Source of the DNA: Bacteroidia bacterium
GTDB taxonomy: Bacteria; Bacteroidota; Bacteroidia; SXHM01
Assembly: GCA_050186075.1 (NCBI GenBank)
Contig: JBFWYU010000006.1
Coordinates: 77,291-141,290, forward strand
DNA length: 64,000 nucleotides
Reading direction: 5' to 3'
Shown: positions 8,430 through 18,005 of the stretch, piece after piece
Layout: each line of letters starts with the position of its first letter
Position numbering within the stretch: the stretch's first letter is position 1
Program-made: the position numbers and the translations under genes
Notes under the pieces: model-generated
The model's database searches: none
What the model saw: only the letters and a program-made list of their open reading frames with translations
What the model was told of the DNA's origin: nothing

Positions 8430-9884
8430 TCAGTAACGGATTCCGAAGGTCAGCATAAAACTTCCGGCTACGTTATTGACTTCTGCTGAAGCTGCGGTTG
8501 TCTCATCCAGCACATACAGATTATACCTGTTCTTCTGTGAGAAATTCATCAGGTAAGCTGCATCCATAAAAAAACCTTTTGTGCGCAAACCTGCACCGAT
8601 GGATGCAGTTGAATTATCAATCTTAAACGTTTTTGAATAAGGACTTCCAAAAATTGCATAGCCTGCACGGGCACTGAAAATTTTGTATCTCCACTCTGTT
8701 CCTATGCGGATATTTCCGGTGCTGTTATAGTTATCATTTACGTTTTTATTCTCGGTTGAAAAATTATAGTCACTTGAGTTCAGTTTAGCTGTTGAGTAGT
8801 TCACGTATTCATAATCAGCACTTATTAATCCTGCTTTGCCAACAATAAATCCAACACTTGCTATTGCTTTAAGAGGAGTAGTAAGCGAGTACTGAAAACT
8901 TCCGGCAGGCGATTCTGCGAAAAAGTCCTGATTGTAAATTTTAGAATCTAAACCTGAAATCCAGTTGTCGGTAAGTCTGAAATAGGTTGGTGTGTGAAAC
9001 GCTCCACCAACGCGCACCCAGTCGGTTATCCTGTAAATAACACCTAATTTCAGATTGATACCGTTGCCTGAAGTTTTCAATGTTTCAGTGTATTTCAGTG
9101 ATGTAAACTGTGCAATGGTGTCTAAATCATCGGTTTCTTCATACACTTTTTCTTGCATATAACGCACACTTGGAATTCCTATAGTTGCTCCAAGATACAG
9201 TTTGTTACTGTAGTTTGCTCCAAAAGCAATTACAGTTTCTCCCATTGACCCTCGTGTGGTTGCCTGAAGTTTTTGCAGTTGCCCGTAATTGCCCATTGGC
9301 GTATTGTAAACACTGGTCTCTCCTGAAGCTGTATCTATAACATATGTTTGCCATGCAAGATTTGCATCAAAGGGATTTGAGTTTGCTAAATCACTATAAG
9401 CTGTTCCATAAGCCTGACTTGCAAAAGCATCAGCAATAGAATGATCAAAATTCCGGCCTTCAATACTCACTCTGTTTTGAAAACTGTTGAGGCGATTGTA
9501 GCCAACACCAAAGTTGAAATTTAACCACCCGTAAGTACTGCCCTCTTTATTTCTGATGCGGGTAAATACCGCACCTAAATTTCCAAAATTGAAATTTAGT
9601 TTATTGTCTTTGGTTCTGGTTCCAAGGTAATCAGCAGTTGATGTTGAATTGTAAAGTGAAGGCGTTAAGGATAGCTCACTGCTGCGATATAAAGCGATAC
9701 CTGCAGGGTTAAAACTAAGTGTTGAGAAATCACTTCCCAAAGCTCCGAAAGCACCGCCAACTGCTGCAAAACGAGCAGTTCCTGTTGGTGAAGTTTGCGA
9801 GTAACGCAATGCATCTGTTTCGTTTTGCGCTGTTGCAGTTAAACTCATCAACGCTAATATTCCGCTTGCTATTTTAGTTTTCAT
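8430..9884 (-). CDS. FadL/TodX-family (PorV-like) outer-membrane beta-barrel transport protein
   Basis: Signal peptide, FadL-like N-terminal pattern GTARFAAVGGAFGALGSDFSTLSFNPAGIA (the NPA motif), and a C-terminal aromatic barrel end ...TFGIRY. Co-directional with the upstream N/Y-rich lipoprotein gene, 31 bp away. Confidence 0.55.
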   Translation of the reverse strand: MKTKIASGILALMSLTATAQNETDALRYSQTSPTGTARFAAVGGAFGALGSDFSTLSFNPAGIALYRSSELSLTPSLYNSTSTADYLGTRTKDNKLNFNFGNLGAVFTRIRNKEGSTYGWLNFNFGVGYNRLNSFQNRVSIEGRNFDHSIADAFASQAYGTAYSDLANSNPFDANLAWQTYVIDTASGETSVYNTPMGNYGQLQKLQATTRGSMGETVIAFGANYSNKLYLGATIGIPSVRYMQEKVYEETDDLDTIAQFTSLKYTETLKTSGNGINLKLGVIYRITDWVRVGGAFHTPTYFRLTDNWISGLDSKIYNQDFFAESPAGSFQYSLTTPLKAIASVGFIVGKAGLISADYEYVNYSTAKLNSSDYNFSTENKNVNDNYNSTGNIRIGTEWRYKIFSARAGYAIFGSPYSKTFKIDNSTASIGAGLRTKGFFMDAAYLMNFSQKNRYNLYVLDETTAASAEVNNVAGSFMLTFGIRY

Positions 9885-9915
9885 GCTTGTTCTTCTGAAC
9901 TATTTATTTCAAAAT

Positions 9916-11532
9916 TTAGCGTGGGCCTTTGCTGTTGCCTCCGGGATTTCCGCCTCTGCTGTTTGAGCCACCTGAATTGAAATTGCCTCCGCCTTTGTTT
10001 CCGCTTCCGTTATCAAAACCTCTGTTGTTATTATTGTTCTGATTGAAGTTCTGACGTTCATTCTGTTGAGGTTTGTAATCGTTGCCGCGGTTGTTACTTG
10101 GCTTCTGTTGCTCATACTGCGGTTTGCTGTTGTTATACTGGCGCTGATTGTACTGATTATTCTCGTAATTTCTTTGCGGTTGAGTATTTTGCTGATACCC
10201 GTTATTTCTGTTGTATTGGTTCTGCTGATACCCGTTGTTGTTATTGCCGCGCTGATAATAATCCTGCTGAGGTTTGGTTCTTTCAGGAGTTACATATTGC
10301 TCGGGTCTTGACTGTTGTGTCTGGTTAGGCACAGGGCGGCTTGATTCCGGACGGGAATAAACACCTTGTTGCTGCTGAGTTGTTGTCTGTGGCCTGCTGT
10401 ATTTATCAGCATTGTTTTCAGGCTTTGCATACTCAGTTTGTTTAGGCAATTCTTTGCTTTGTTGTGTTGTGCCGTTTACATTGTTTTCTTTTGTAAAGCG
10501 GTCAGCACCGTTTTGCGGAATCTCTTTTGAGCCTTGTGTAGGTTGTTCTTTACCAACAGTAGTAGGTGTGGTTTTTATCTCCTTTGTAGTAGGATTGTAC
10601 ACAGGATCTTTCACCTTGGTAGCATTTTCTTTACCAATGTTAAAGCCATCTATGTTGGGTTTATTGCTCTCTTTTGAATAGTTAACTACATTCAGTTTGC
10701 TGCCGGTAACGGTGCCTTGTGTTACAGCAGTCAGATATTGTTCTTTGAAAGATGTTTTACCTGCGTAACCACTTCCCGCTTGGTTTACACTGCGGTGGCC
10801 GTAGTAGAAATTACTGTTGTTGTCAAATGTGTTGTAGTAGTTATTGAAATAGCCGTTATTGTAGCCATTCCAGTAACCGTTGTTATAGCCATCCCAATAT
10901 CCGTTGTTGTAGCCATTCCAGTAGCCGTTGTTATAGCCCCAACCATTATTGTAAGGGTAACCATACCAGTTATTATAGCAGTTAAAACCGTTGTAACCGT
11001 AGTAAGGCGAACCCCAGCCACCATAACCGTAAGGGTAGCATCCCCAACCGTAGTTAAAAGTTATAGATGGTCCCCAAAAGTTATAGCTTGAATAAATACT
11101 TGTTCCGTAAAAATACGGATCGTAATTATAGTAATAGGAGTTGGTGTAATAGTTATTATAATACCCGAACCCATAAGAAGGGTTTTGAAATCTTCTTATG
11201 CGTGCTGCGTATGAATAATCATAATAATCATCATATACAAACTGGTCGTCATAATAGTTGTTGTTGGTAACGTACGTATTACCGGTTGTGCTGTCGGTAT
11301 ATTGTTGCGAGTTTGAATTATTACTGTAACCGTTCGGGTCGTAATAATCATCTTGTTGTTGATTATTGCTCTGGTTGTTTTGAGCAGGAGTATAATTATC
11401 CGGATTGGTTTGATAAGCCTGACTTGCAGGTGTGTAAACATCATCATCGCTGTATGCGCCTGAATAGTAACTTGATTTACAACCTGCAATGGTGAGCAGT
11501 GTTGCTGCAAATAAGATAGATAGATTTTTCAT
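9916..11532 (-). CDS. N/Y/G/Q-rich low-complexity (prion-like) lipoprotein
   Basis: Lipoprotein signal MKNLSILFAATLLTIAGCKSS. Long YNNGWGYNNGYWNGYNNGYWDGYNNGYWNGYNNGYF repeat, a Q/N-rich C-terminal half and a GGN/RGG-like tail. The opposite-strand ORFs are compositional mirrors. Start chosen at the internal ATG with signal peptide (the ORF extends to 11574). Confidence 0.6.
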   Translation of the reverse strand: MKNLSILFAATLLTIAGCKSSYYSGAYSDDDVYTPASQAYQTNPDNYTPAQNNQSNNQQQDDYYDPNGYSNNSNSQQYTDSTTGNTYVTNNNYYDDQFVYDDYYDYSYAARIRRFQNPSYGFGYYNNYYTNSYYYNYDPYFYGTSIYSSYNFWGPSITFNYGWGCYPYGYGGWGSPYYGYNGFNCYNNWYGYPYNNGWGYNNGYWNGYNNGYWDGYNNGYWNGYNNGYFNNYYNTFDNNSNFYYGHRSVNQAGSGYAGKTSFKEQYLTAVTQGTVTGSKLNVVNYSKESNKPNIDGFNIGKENATKVKDPVYNPTTKEIKTTPTTVGKEQPTQGSKEIPQNGADRFTKENNVNGTTQQSKELPKQTEYAKPENNADKYSRPQTTTQQQQGVYSRPESSRPVPNQTQQSRPEQYVTPERTKPQQDYYQRGNNNNGYQQNQYNRNNGYQQNTQPQRNYENNQYNQRQYNNSKPQYEQQKPSNNRGNDYKPQQNERQNFNQNNNNNRGFDNGSGNKGGGNFNSGGSNSRGGNPGGNSKGPR

Positions 11533-11652
11533 GGTTTTTCCTCCTTGAAATTTTGTTGTAGCAGATGTGTTCATGTCAGCAGTATTTAATTTTAACTTTG
11601 CCGGGTATCAAATTTAACCCGCTACAAATTTACAAAGACCATACCAAGATTT

Positions 11653-13125
11653 ATGAGCAAAGATTTTGCAACCCGAGAAGAGAATTATTCCAAGTGGTAT
11701 AACGACATAGTTACAAAAGCTGATTTGGCTGAAAACTCAGCTGTGCGTGGCTGTATGGTGATAAAACCTTATGGCTACAGCATCTGGGAAAAGATGCAGG
11801 CAACGTTGGATAAAATGTTTAAAGACACAGGGCATGAGAATGCTTATTTTCCTTTGTTTATTCCTAAGTCCTTTTTCTCAAAAGAAGCAAGTCACGTGGA
11901 AGGGTTCGCCAAAGAATGTGCTGTTGTAACGCACTATCGCCTGAAAACCGCTCCGGATGGTAAAATTGTTGTGGATGAGGATGCTAAGCTGGAAGAAGAA
12001 CTGATTGTTCGCCCAACTTCCGAAACTATTATCTGGGATACTTACCGCAATTGGATTCAATCCTACCGTGATTTGCCTTTGCTGATTAACCAATGGGCTA
12101 ATGTAGTGCGTTGGGAAATGCGTACAAGATTATTTTTAAGAACTGCTGAATTCCTTTGGCAGGAAGGACATACAGCACACGCGACCCAACAGGAAGCTCT
12201 TGAAGAAGCAGAAAAAATGTTAGGCGTATATGCAGATTTTGCTGAAAATTTTCTGGCACTTCCTGTTTTAAAAGGAGTGAAATCAGAGAATGAGCGTTTT
12301 GCCGGAGCTATTGAAACCTATTGCATTGAAGCATTGATGCAAGACGGGAAAGCTTTGCAGGCAGGAACTTCACATTTCTTAGGACAAAATTTTGCAAAAG
12401 CATTTGATGTGAAATTCACAGGAAAAGATGGTAAGCAGGAGTTTGTTTGGGCTACTTCCTGGGGCGTTTCAACACGATTGATGGGTGCACTGATCATGGC
12501 GCATTCAGATGATAACGGTTTGGTGCTACCTCCAAAATTGGCACCTAATCAGGTGGTAATAGTTCCTATCTATAAATCAGATGAAGAATTGGCAAGGTTG
12601 AACGAAAAAGCCGGAGAAATAAAAAAATCATTGGAAGCACTTGGTATTCGTGTGAAATATGATAACCGTGATACGCATAAACCAGGTTGGAAATTTGCCG
12701 AGTATGAATTTAAAGGAGTTCCTGTTCGTATTGCAATTGGCCCGAGAGATTTAGAAAACGGAACTGTAGAAGTTGCACGTAGAGATACCAAAGAGAAAGC
12801 ATCGTATCAGCAAATTGACTTGGCTCATAAAATTGACCACTTGCTTGGACAAATTCAAAGCAATCTATATCAGAAAGCTCTTTCTTTCCGTGAGCAAAAT
12901 ACTACCAATGTTGATACTTGGGATGAGTTTGTAAAGCAGATTGAAGGAAAAGGCGGTTTTGTCTACGCTCACTGGGACGGTACAAAAGAAACCGAAGAAA
13001 CAATAAAGGAGAAAACTAAAGCTACTATCCGTTGCATTCCGCTTGATAATAAGAAGGAAGACGGTAAATGCGTCCTTACAGGAAAATCTTCAACACAACG
13101 TGTGGTGTTTGCGAGGGCTTATTAA
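11653..13125 (+). CDS. proS: proline--tRNA ligase (archaeal/eukaryotic-type class II ProRS)
   Basis: 490 aa. Class II aaRS motifs and a ProRS-specific N-terminus ([16 protein letters not shown]...). Typical Bacteroidetes ProRS length. Confidence 0.9.
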   Translation: MSKDFATREENYSKWYNDIVTKADLAENSAVRGCMVIKPYGYSIWEKMQATLDKMFKDTGHENAYFPLFIPKSFFSKEASHVEGFAKECAVVTHYRLKTAPDGKIVVDEDAKLEEELIVRPTSETIIWDTYRNWIQSYRDLPLLINQWANVVRWEMRTRLFLRTAEFLWQEGHTAHATQQEALEEAEKMLGVYADFAENFLALPVLKGVKSENERFAGAIETYCIEALMQDGKALQAGTSHFLGQNFAKAFDVKFTGKDGKQEFVWATSWGVSTRLMGALIMAHSDDNGLVLPPKLAPNQVVIVPIYKSDEELARLNEKAGEIKKSLEALGIRVKYDNRDTHKPGWKFAEYEFKGVPVRIAIGPRDLENGTVEVARRDTKEKASYQQIDLAHKIDHLLGQIQSNLYQKALSFREQNTTNVDTWDEFVKQIEGKGGFVYAHWDGTKETEETIKEKTKATIRCIPLDNKKEDGKCVLTGKSSTQRVVFARAY

Positions 13126-13189
13126 TAAGGTAAATAAAGAAGGTTGATGCTGTTTTTTAAATAATTTTTGCAGAAAACCTTTTTACTGT

Positions 13190-13197
13190 TACATTTG
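13190..13197 (+). promoter_or_regulatory. -7 promoter box TACATTTG (followed by GCGCTCCC) upstream of tRNA-Glu
   Basis: TAnnTTTG match ~42 nt upstream of the tRNA 5' end. Confidence 0.3.
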
Positions 13198-13238
13198 CGC
13201 TCCCATTTCGGGAAAAAAGACAGTTCTTTATCATATTT

Positions 13239-13310
13239 GGCCCGTTCGTCTAGGGGTTAGGACGTCAGGTTTTCATCCTGGTAACAGGGGTTCGATTCCC
13301 CTACGGGCTA
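13239..13310 (+). tRNA. tRNA-Glu: tRNA-Glu (anticodon TTC)
   Basis: Cloverleaf folded by eye: acceptor GGCCCGT/ACGGGCT, anticodon stem CAGG/CCTG with loop TTTTCAT (anticodon TTC), T-loop GGTTCGATTCC. CCA is not encoded. Confidence 0.9.
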
Positions 13311-13318
13311 CACAAATC

Positions 13319-13361
13319 AAGCCTGAAATTATTGTTAATCAATAGTTTCAGGCTTTTTTAT
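13319..13361. terminator. bidirectional rho-independent terminator (stem aagcctgaaa/tttcaggctt followed by a T-run)
   Basis: Hairpin followed by TTTTTATT on the plus strand (ends tRNA-Glu) and by an A/T run on the minus strand (ends aroA). Confidence 0.55.
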
Positions 13362-14599
13362 TTACCTGAAGTAACCGATAGGTCGCTCTTTTTCAAATCT
13401 TCCCAAAATCCGGGATAAGATTTTTTCACCGTTTCAGGGTTTTGAATATTAATGCTTCTGCAGGCTAATGCCAGAGGAGCAAACGCCATCACCATGCGGT
13501 GGTCGTCATACGTTTCAATAGTTTGCTCCGATTTTTGGAATTGACCTTTTAAGGTGTAGTGATCACCTTGTTTGACAAACTCTTTCCCGAATTTTTTCAG
13601 TTCGGTTTGTAAGGCAGAAATGCGGTCAGTCTCTTTCAACTTTAAATTTTCAATTCCTGAAAATTGAATTTGTAAGTCAAGTGCGGCTGCAACTACTGTC
13701 AGGCTTTGTGTAAGGTCAGGGAAATTAGTGAAATCGATTTTGATTAATGATTGACGATTAACAATTGATGATTGACGAAGTTTGATTCCTTCATTTGAAA
13801 ATTCAGTTTCCACTCCAAACTTCTTCATCAACTCCTGCAAAACAGAATCACCTTGCAGGCTTTTTTTTTGCAAACCGGGCAAGGTAACTTCTGCATCTTT
13901 TGAAAATGCAACCAGCGAATACCAAAACGCAGCTGCACTCCAGTCGGGTTCAACTTTGTAGGGTAGAGGAATGTATTTTTGATGTGGGATTTCAATTGTA
14001 TTTTCCTTCCATAAAGCTGAAATACCAAAGTGCTTCATTAATGCAATTGTCATTTCTGCATAAGGCTTTGAAACAAGGTTTCCTTTGATGGTTATTCTCA
14101 AACCATTTTCTAAAACAGGAGCAATCATTAATAGCGCAGAAAGAAATTGACTGCTGATCGTTCCATCAACTTCCACTTCATTTTCTGACAATCTTTTTCC
14201 TTTGATACTGATAGGAGGGAAGCCTGCATTTTCAAGATATTCAATGTCGGCACCTAAGACTTTTAACGCTTCAACCAATGGAGCAATTGGTCTTTGTTTC
14301 ATTCGCTCTGTTCCTGTCAAAATTTTTTCTCCTTCACTTACTGCAAAGTAAGCAGTGAGAAAACGCATGGCTGTTCCGGCAGCACCAACGTCAATTGTTT
14401 TATCAGTTGATTGAATTGCGTTCAGTAAAATCTTTGTGTCTTCTGCTTCCGAAAGATTTTCTACCCGATAGCTATCGGGTTCAAAATCTTTTCCGGTCAA
14501 TGCGCGGATAATCAGCGCACGGTTGCTCAGGCTTTTTGATGCAGGTAAATTGATGGTAGCGCGAATTGGCTTTTGCGGTGCGCTGATCTTTGCAATCAT
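13358..14599 (-). CDS. aroA: 3-phosphoshikimate 1-carboxyvinyltransferase (EPSP synthase)
   Basis: Motifs KSLSNRALIIRAL and GAAGTAMRFLTAY. Start placed at the internal MIAKIS, giving an ATGA overlap with the aroB stop (the ORF extends to 14656). Confidence 0.85.
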   Translation of the reverse strand: MIAKISAPQKPIRATINLPASKSLSNRALIIRALTGKDFEPDSYRVENLSEAEDTKILLNAIQSTDKTIDVGAAGTAMRFLTAYFAVSEGEKILTGTERMKQRPIAPLVEALKVLGADIEYLENAGFPPISIKGKRLSENEVEVDGTISSQFLSALLMIAPVLENGLRITIKGNLVSKPYAEMTIALMKHFGISALWKENTIEIPHQKYIPLPYKVEPDWSAAAFWYSLVAFSKDAEVTLPGLQKKSLQGDSVLQELMKKFGVETEFSNEGIKLRQSSIVNRQSLIKIDFTNFPDLTQSLTVVAAALDLQIQFSGIENLKLKETDRISALQTELKKFGKEFVKQGDHYTLKGQFQKSEQTIETYDDHRMVMAFAPLALACRSINIQNPETVKKSYPGFWEDLKKSDLSVTSGK

Positions 14600-15681
14600 T
14601 GAAAGGTATTTAACCTGTAAAATGCAAGCGCAGCAAGTATTTCTTCTTCGCTGCAAGGCTTGTCAACTTCTGCACTTCCGATGCGGCTGAGCAATGTAAA
14701 GCGTATTTCACCTTTCGCGTTTTTCTTATCGTTGCGCATCAGACTTATGAATTCAGGGAATGCTTCTTTTTTTACAGGATAAGGGTCAAACATCCGTAGA
14801 ATGAAACATACAATTTCGTGCAGATCATTTCTTCCCAATCCTAGTTTCCGGTGTGATAAAAATGCTTCACATATCATTCCTGCTGCCACTGCTTCGCCAT
14901 GCGAAATTGGTTTTCGGTCGTGCTCTAATGAGTAGCTTTCAAACGCATGACCAATGGTGTGGCCGAAGTTCAGAACCTTGCGCCAGTTAGCTTCTTCTGG
15001 GTCTTCTACGACAATGTTATTTTTGATTTTCAACGATTGAAAAATAATATCATCTGTAATATCGTTTCTCAGTTTTTTGATTTCACGAATGGAGTTCCAG
15101 TAATTTCTGTCGGCAATCAAACCATGTTTAACCACTTCTGCAAAACCTGATTTTAGTTGTGCAGGAGGCAATGTTTCGAGGAATTTAGGAGCTGCGAAAA
15201 CAGCTTCAGGGAAAGCAAAAAGGCCAACCTGATTCTTTATATTTTTTAAATCAACGCCCGTTTTCCCGCCAATGGCGGCATCAACCTGAGCGAGCAGGGT
15301 AGTGGGGATATTGATGAAATCAATTCCGCGCTTAAATGTTGCCGCAACAAAACCACCCATGTCGCAGATAACACCGCCACCTAAATTAATAAGCAAGGAT
15401 TTTCTGTCGGCCTCCAGTTCGCTCATTGCACTCCACAATTGATAACATACATCAAGGCTTTTGTTTTTTTCTCCGCTTTCGGTTTCTATTATTTCGGCAT
15501 CGGCAAGTTCTTCTGTGGCGGCAAGCAAAACGGGAAGACAATGTTTAGAGGTGTTTTCATCCACCATGATGAACTTTCGGCAACCTGTGTAGCGCGTGGT
15601 TCTCAGCAATTCATCCAACTCAACAAAGGCGTTGTCGCCAAAGTAAATGTTGTGTCCGATGGATTGCAGAACTCTTGACAT
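14596..15681 (-). CDS. aroB: 3-dehydroquinate synthase
   Basis: GGGVICDMGGFVAATFKRGIDFINIPTTLLAQVDAAIGGKTGVD nucleotide/metal-binding core typical of AroB. Confidence 0.85.
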   Translation of the reverse strand: MSRVLQSIGHNIYFGDNAFVELDELLRTTRYTGCRKFIMVDENTSKHCLPVLLAATEELADAEIIETESGEKNKSLDVCYQLWSAMSELEADRKSLLINLGGGVICDMGGFVAATFKRGIDFINIPTTLLAQVDAAIGGKTGVDLKNIKNQVGLFAFPEAVFAAPKFLETLPPAQLKSGFAEVVKHGLIADRNYWNSIREIKKLRNDITDDIIFQSLKIKNNIVVEDPEEANWRKVLNFGHTIGHAFESYSLEHDRKPISHGEAVAAGMICEAFLSHRKLGLGRNDLHEIVCFILRMFDPYPVKKEAFPEFISLMRNDKKNAKGEIRFTLLSRIGSAEVDKPCSEEEILAALAFYRLNTFQ

Positions 15682-15684
15682 TGC

Positions 15685-16776
15685 TTATTTCTTATGCAGT
15701 TCCCGATTCATGATTTCGGTTTGAATACGAATTGATTCTTCGTGAACCAGTTGATATAGTTTTTTTGAAAACTCTTTTTGCATTCCCAGATTTTCGGATT
15801 GTGCAACAATATTTTTTAACACAGTATTCCAACGTTCCAGTTGCAGAATGGTAACGTTGTTTTCTTTTTTATACAAGCCTATTTCTTCCACCAGTTGCAT
15901 ACGTGCTGCAAGAATGTCCACTATGTCGAGGTCAATTTTATCAATGCGTTTGCGCAATTGTTCCAGGCGATTAGAAAATTCAACATTGCCAGAAACCGGG
16001 CTGCGGAAAACCAATTGCGATAATAAGTCTTTGAGTTTCGCAGGAGTGATTTGTTGCTGCGCATCGCTCTTTGCATTAGTAGGGTCGATGTGGGTTTCAA
16101 TCATCAGTCCGTCCATGTCGAGGTCAAGTGCTTCTTGTGCTACAGATAATAACAGTTCGCGTTTTCCGGCAATGTGGCTGGGGTCGCAGATTACGGGAAT
16201 ATGCGGCATCTGAATTTTCAGTTCAATCGGGATTTGCCAGTTGGGGGAGTTGCGGAATTTTGTTTGGCTGAGCGATGAGAATCCGCGATGCACTGCAATT
16301 ACTTTATCAATACCAATATTGTTCAGTCGCTCAATTGCGCCCAGCCAAAGTTGCAGATCGGGGTTGATGGGGTTCTTTACCATCACAGTGATGTCAACTC
16401 CTTTGAGTGCATCCGCAATTTCCTGAACGGTAAAAGGGTTTACGGTTGTGCGTGCACCAATCCAGATGATGTCAATTCCTGCTTTTAAACATTCTTCAAC
16501 GTGTTGTGCGTTTGCTGCTTCCACTGCGGTAAGCAAGCCTGTCTGTTCTTTTACTTTTGTAAGCCATGGCAAACCAACAACACCAACCCCTTCAAAAGAA
16601 TTTGGACGGGTTCGTGGTTTCCAGATGCCGGCACGAAACACCTGCACCTCTTCAATTTTTGCCAGTTCTTTTGCAGTTGCTAGAACCTGTTCTTCGCTCT
16701 CAGCACTGCAGGGCCCCGCAACAATAAAAGGCTTCTTAAATTTACTGAACCACTCTTTATTTCCTTTCTCTGACAT
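15685..16776 (-). CDS. bifunctional 3-deoxy-7-phosphoheptulonate synthase (class I-beta) / chorismate mutase
   Basis: N-terminal KDO8P/DAHP-synthase-like barrel (FIVAGPCSAESEEQ...FRAGIWKPRTRP). C-terminal AroQ chorismate mutase helix bundle (LRKRIDKIDLDIVDILAARMQLVEEIG). Confidence 0.8.
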   Translation of the reverse strand: MSEKGNKEWFSKFKKPFIVAGPCSAESEEQVLATAKELAKIEEVQVFRAGIWKPRTRPNSFEGVGVVGLPWLTKVKEQTGLLTAVEAANAQHVEECLKAGIDIIWIGARTTVNPFTVQEIADALKGVDITVMVKNPINPDLQLWLGAIERLNNIGIDKVIAVHRGFSSLSQTKFRNSPNWQIPIELKIQMPHIPVICDPSHIAGKRELLLSVAQEALDLDMDGLMIETHIDPTNAKSDAQQQITPAKLKDLLSQLVFRSPVSGNVEFSNRLEQLRKRIDKIDLDIVDILAARMQLVEEIGLYKKENNVTILQLERWNTVLKNIVAQSENLGMQKEFSKKLYQLVHEESIRIQTEIMNRELHKK

Positions 16777-16778
16777 CC

Positions 16779-17846
16779 TTACTTGTAAATTTTATTTCTC
16801 AAAAAATGGTCTGCAATAACCAATGCAGCCATTGCTTCCACTATAGGCACAGCGCGCGGAACCACGCAAGGATCGTGGCGACCTTTACCTTCTACGATTA
16901 CTTTGTTTCCTTTTTTATCAATGCTTTGCTGGTCCTGAATGATGGTTGCAACAGGCTTAAACGCCACATTGAAGCGGATGTCCATTCCATTGGAAATACC
17001 GCCTTGTATGCCGCCTGAGTGATTAGATAATGTTTTTGCTTTTGAAGTAAATACATCATTGTGTTCCGAGCCTTTCATTTCGGTTCCTTCAAATCCGCTG
17101 CCGTATTCAAAACCTTTCACTGCATTGATGCTGAGCATTGCTTTTCCCAAGTCGGCATGAAGTTTATCAAACACGGGCTCGCCCAAGCCCACGGGGCATT
17201 TGGTGATGACTGCCGTAATTACTCCGCCCAGCGTATCGCCTTCTTTGCGTGTTTTTTCAATCAGCGCAATCATTTTCTCTGCCGTTGCTTTTTCGGGGCA
17301 GCGAACAATGGTGCTTTCAATTTCTTTGTTGCTGAAAACCTTTTCAGTGTCATTCATCTTCACCGTTCCTACTTGCGAAACCCAGGCATTGAATTCTATT
17401 CCCTGTTTTTTCAGCAGCAGCTTTGCGATTGCTCCGGCTGCAACACGTGCAGCAGTTTCGCGTGCTGAAGACCGACCGCCACCGCGGTAGTCACGGTTGC
17501 CGTATTTTTCTTCGTAAGTAAAATCGGCATGGGAAGGACGGAACTTATCTGCAAGGTGTTTATAGTCCTGCGGCTTCTGGTCGCTGTTGCGGATGATAAT
17601 GGTAAGCGGTGCGCCTGTTGTTAAATTATTAAACACGCCTGAGACAATTTCAAACACATCGTATTCTTTGCGCTGGGTGGTTATTTTGCTTTGGCCGGGT
17701 TTTCTGCGGTTGAGCTCGGACTGAATAAATTTTTCGTCAATCTTAAGGTTGGAAGGGCAGCCGTCAATGACAACGCCAATCATGGCGCCATGTGATTCGC
17801 CAAAGGTTGTGATTTTGAAAAGTTGTCCGAAGGTGTTTCCTGCCAT
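16779..17846 (-). CDS. aroC: chorismate synthase
   Basis: N-terminus [20 protein letters not shown] and AroC signature regions. Start placed at the internal Met (the ORF extends to 17876). Confidence 0.85.
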   Translation of the reverse strand: MAGNTFGQLFKITTFGESHGAMIGVVIDGCPSNLKIDEKFIQSELNRRKPGQSKITTQRKEYDVFEIVSGVFNNLTTGAPLTIIIRNSDQKPQDYKHLADKFRPSHADFTYEEKYGNRDYRGGGRSSARETAARVAAGAIAKLLLKKQGIEFNAWVSQVGTVKMNDTEKVFSNKEIESTIVRCPEKATAEKMIALIEKTRKEGDTLGGVITAVITKCPVGLGEPVFDKLHADLGKAMLSINAVKGFEYGSGFEGTEMKGSEHNDVFTSKAKTLSNHSGGIQGGISNGMDIRFNVAFKPVATIIQDQQSIDKKGNKVIVEGKGRHDPCVVPRAVPIVEAMAALVIADHFLRNKIYK

Positions 17847-18005
17847 AGGGTTTACAAAAGTAGGAAAAAGGGGCAAGTATTTTTTGACACAATACTTTCA
17901 ACACTTCAGCGTTAATAAGTTAAAGGGTGTGTATCAATTAAGTGTAGGGTAAAATCTAAATTTTGCACAAAGTTGTTTTATGCAGCTACTATTAATATAG
18001 AGGAT

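Noticed and set aside
10066-11510. Several 67-124-aa ORFs on both strands overlapping the N/Y-rich lipoprotein gene (I/V/T-rich or H/T-rich translations)
   Set aside because: They are artefacts of the low-complexity AAT/TAT/GGT codon repeats. Only the minus-strand frame has a lipoprotein signal peptide and continuous 538-aa coding capacity.
15841-17490. Multiple 60-135-aa ORFs antisense to the aroC / DAHP synthase genes
   Set aside because: They are fully embedded in well-supported housekeeping genes on the opposite strand, with no independent signals.
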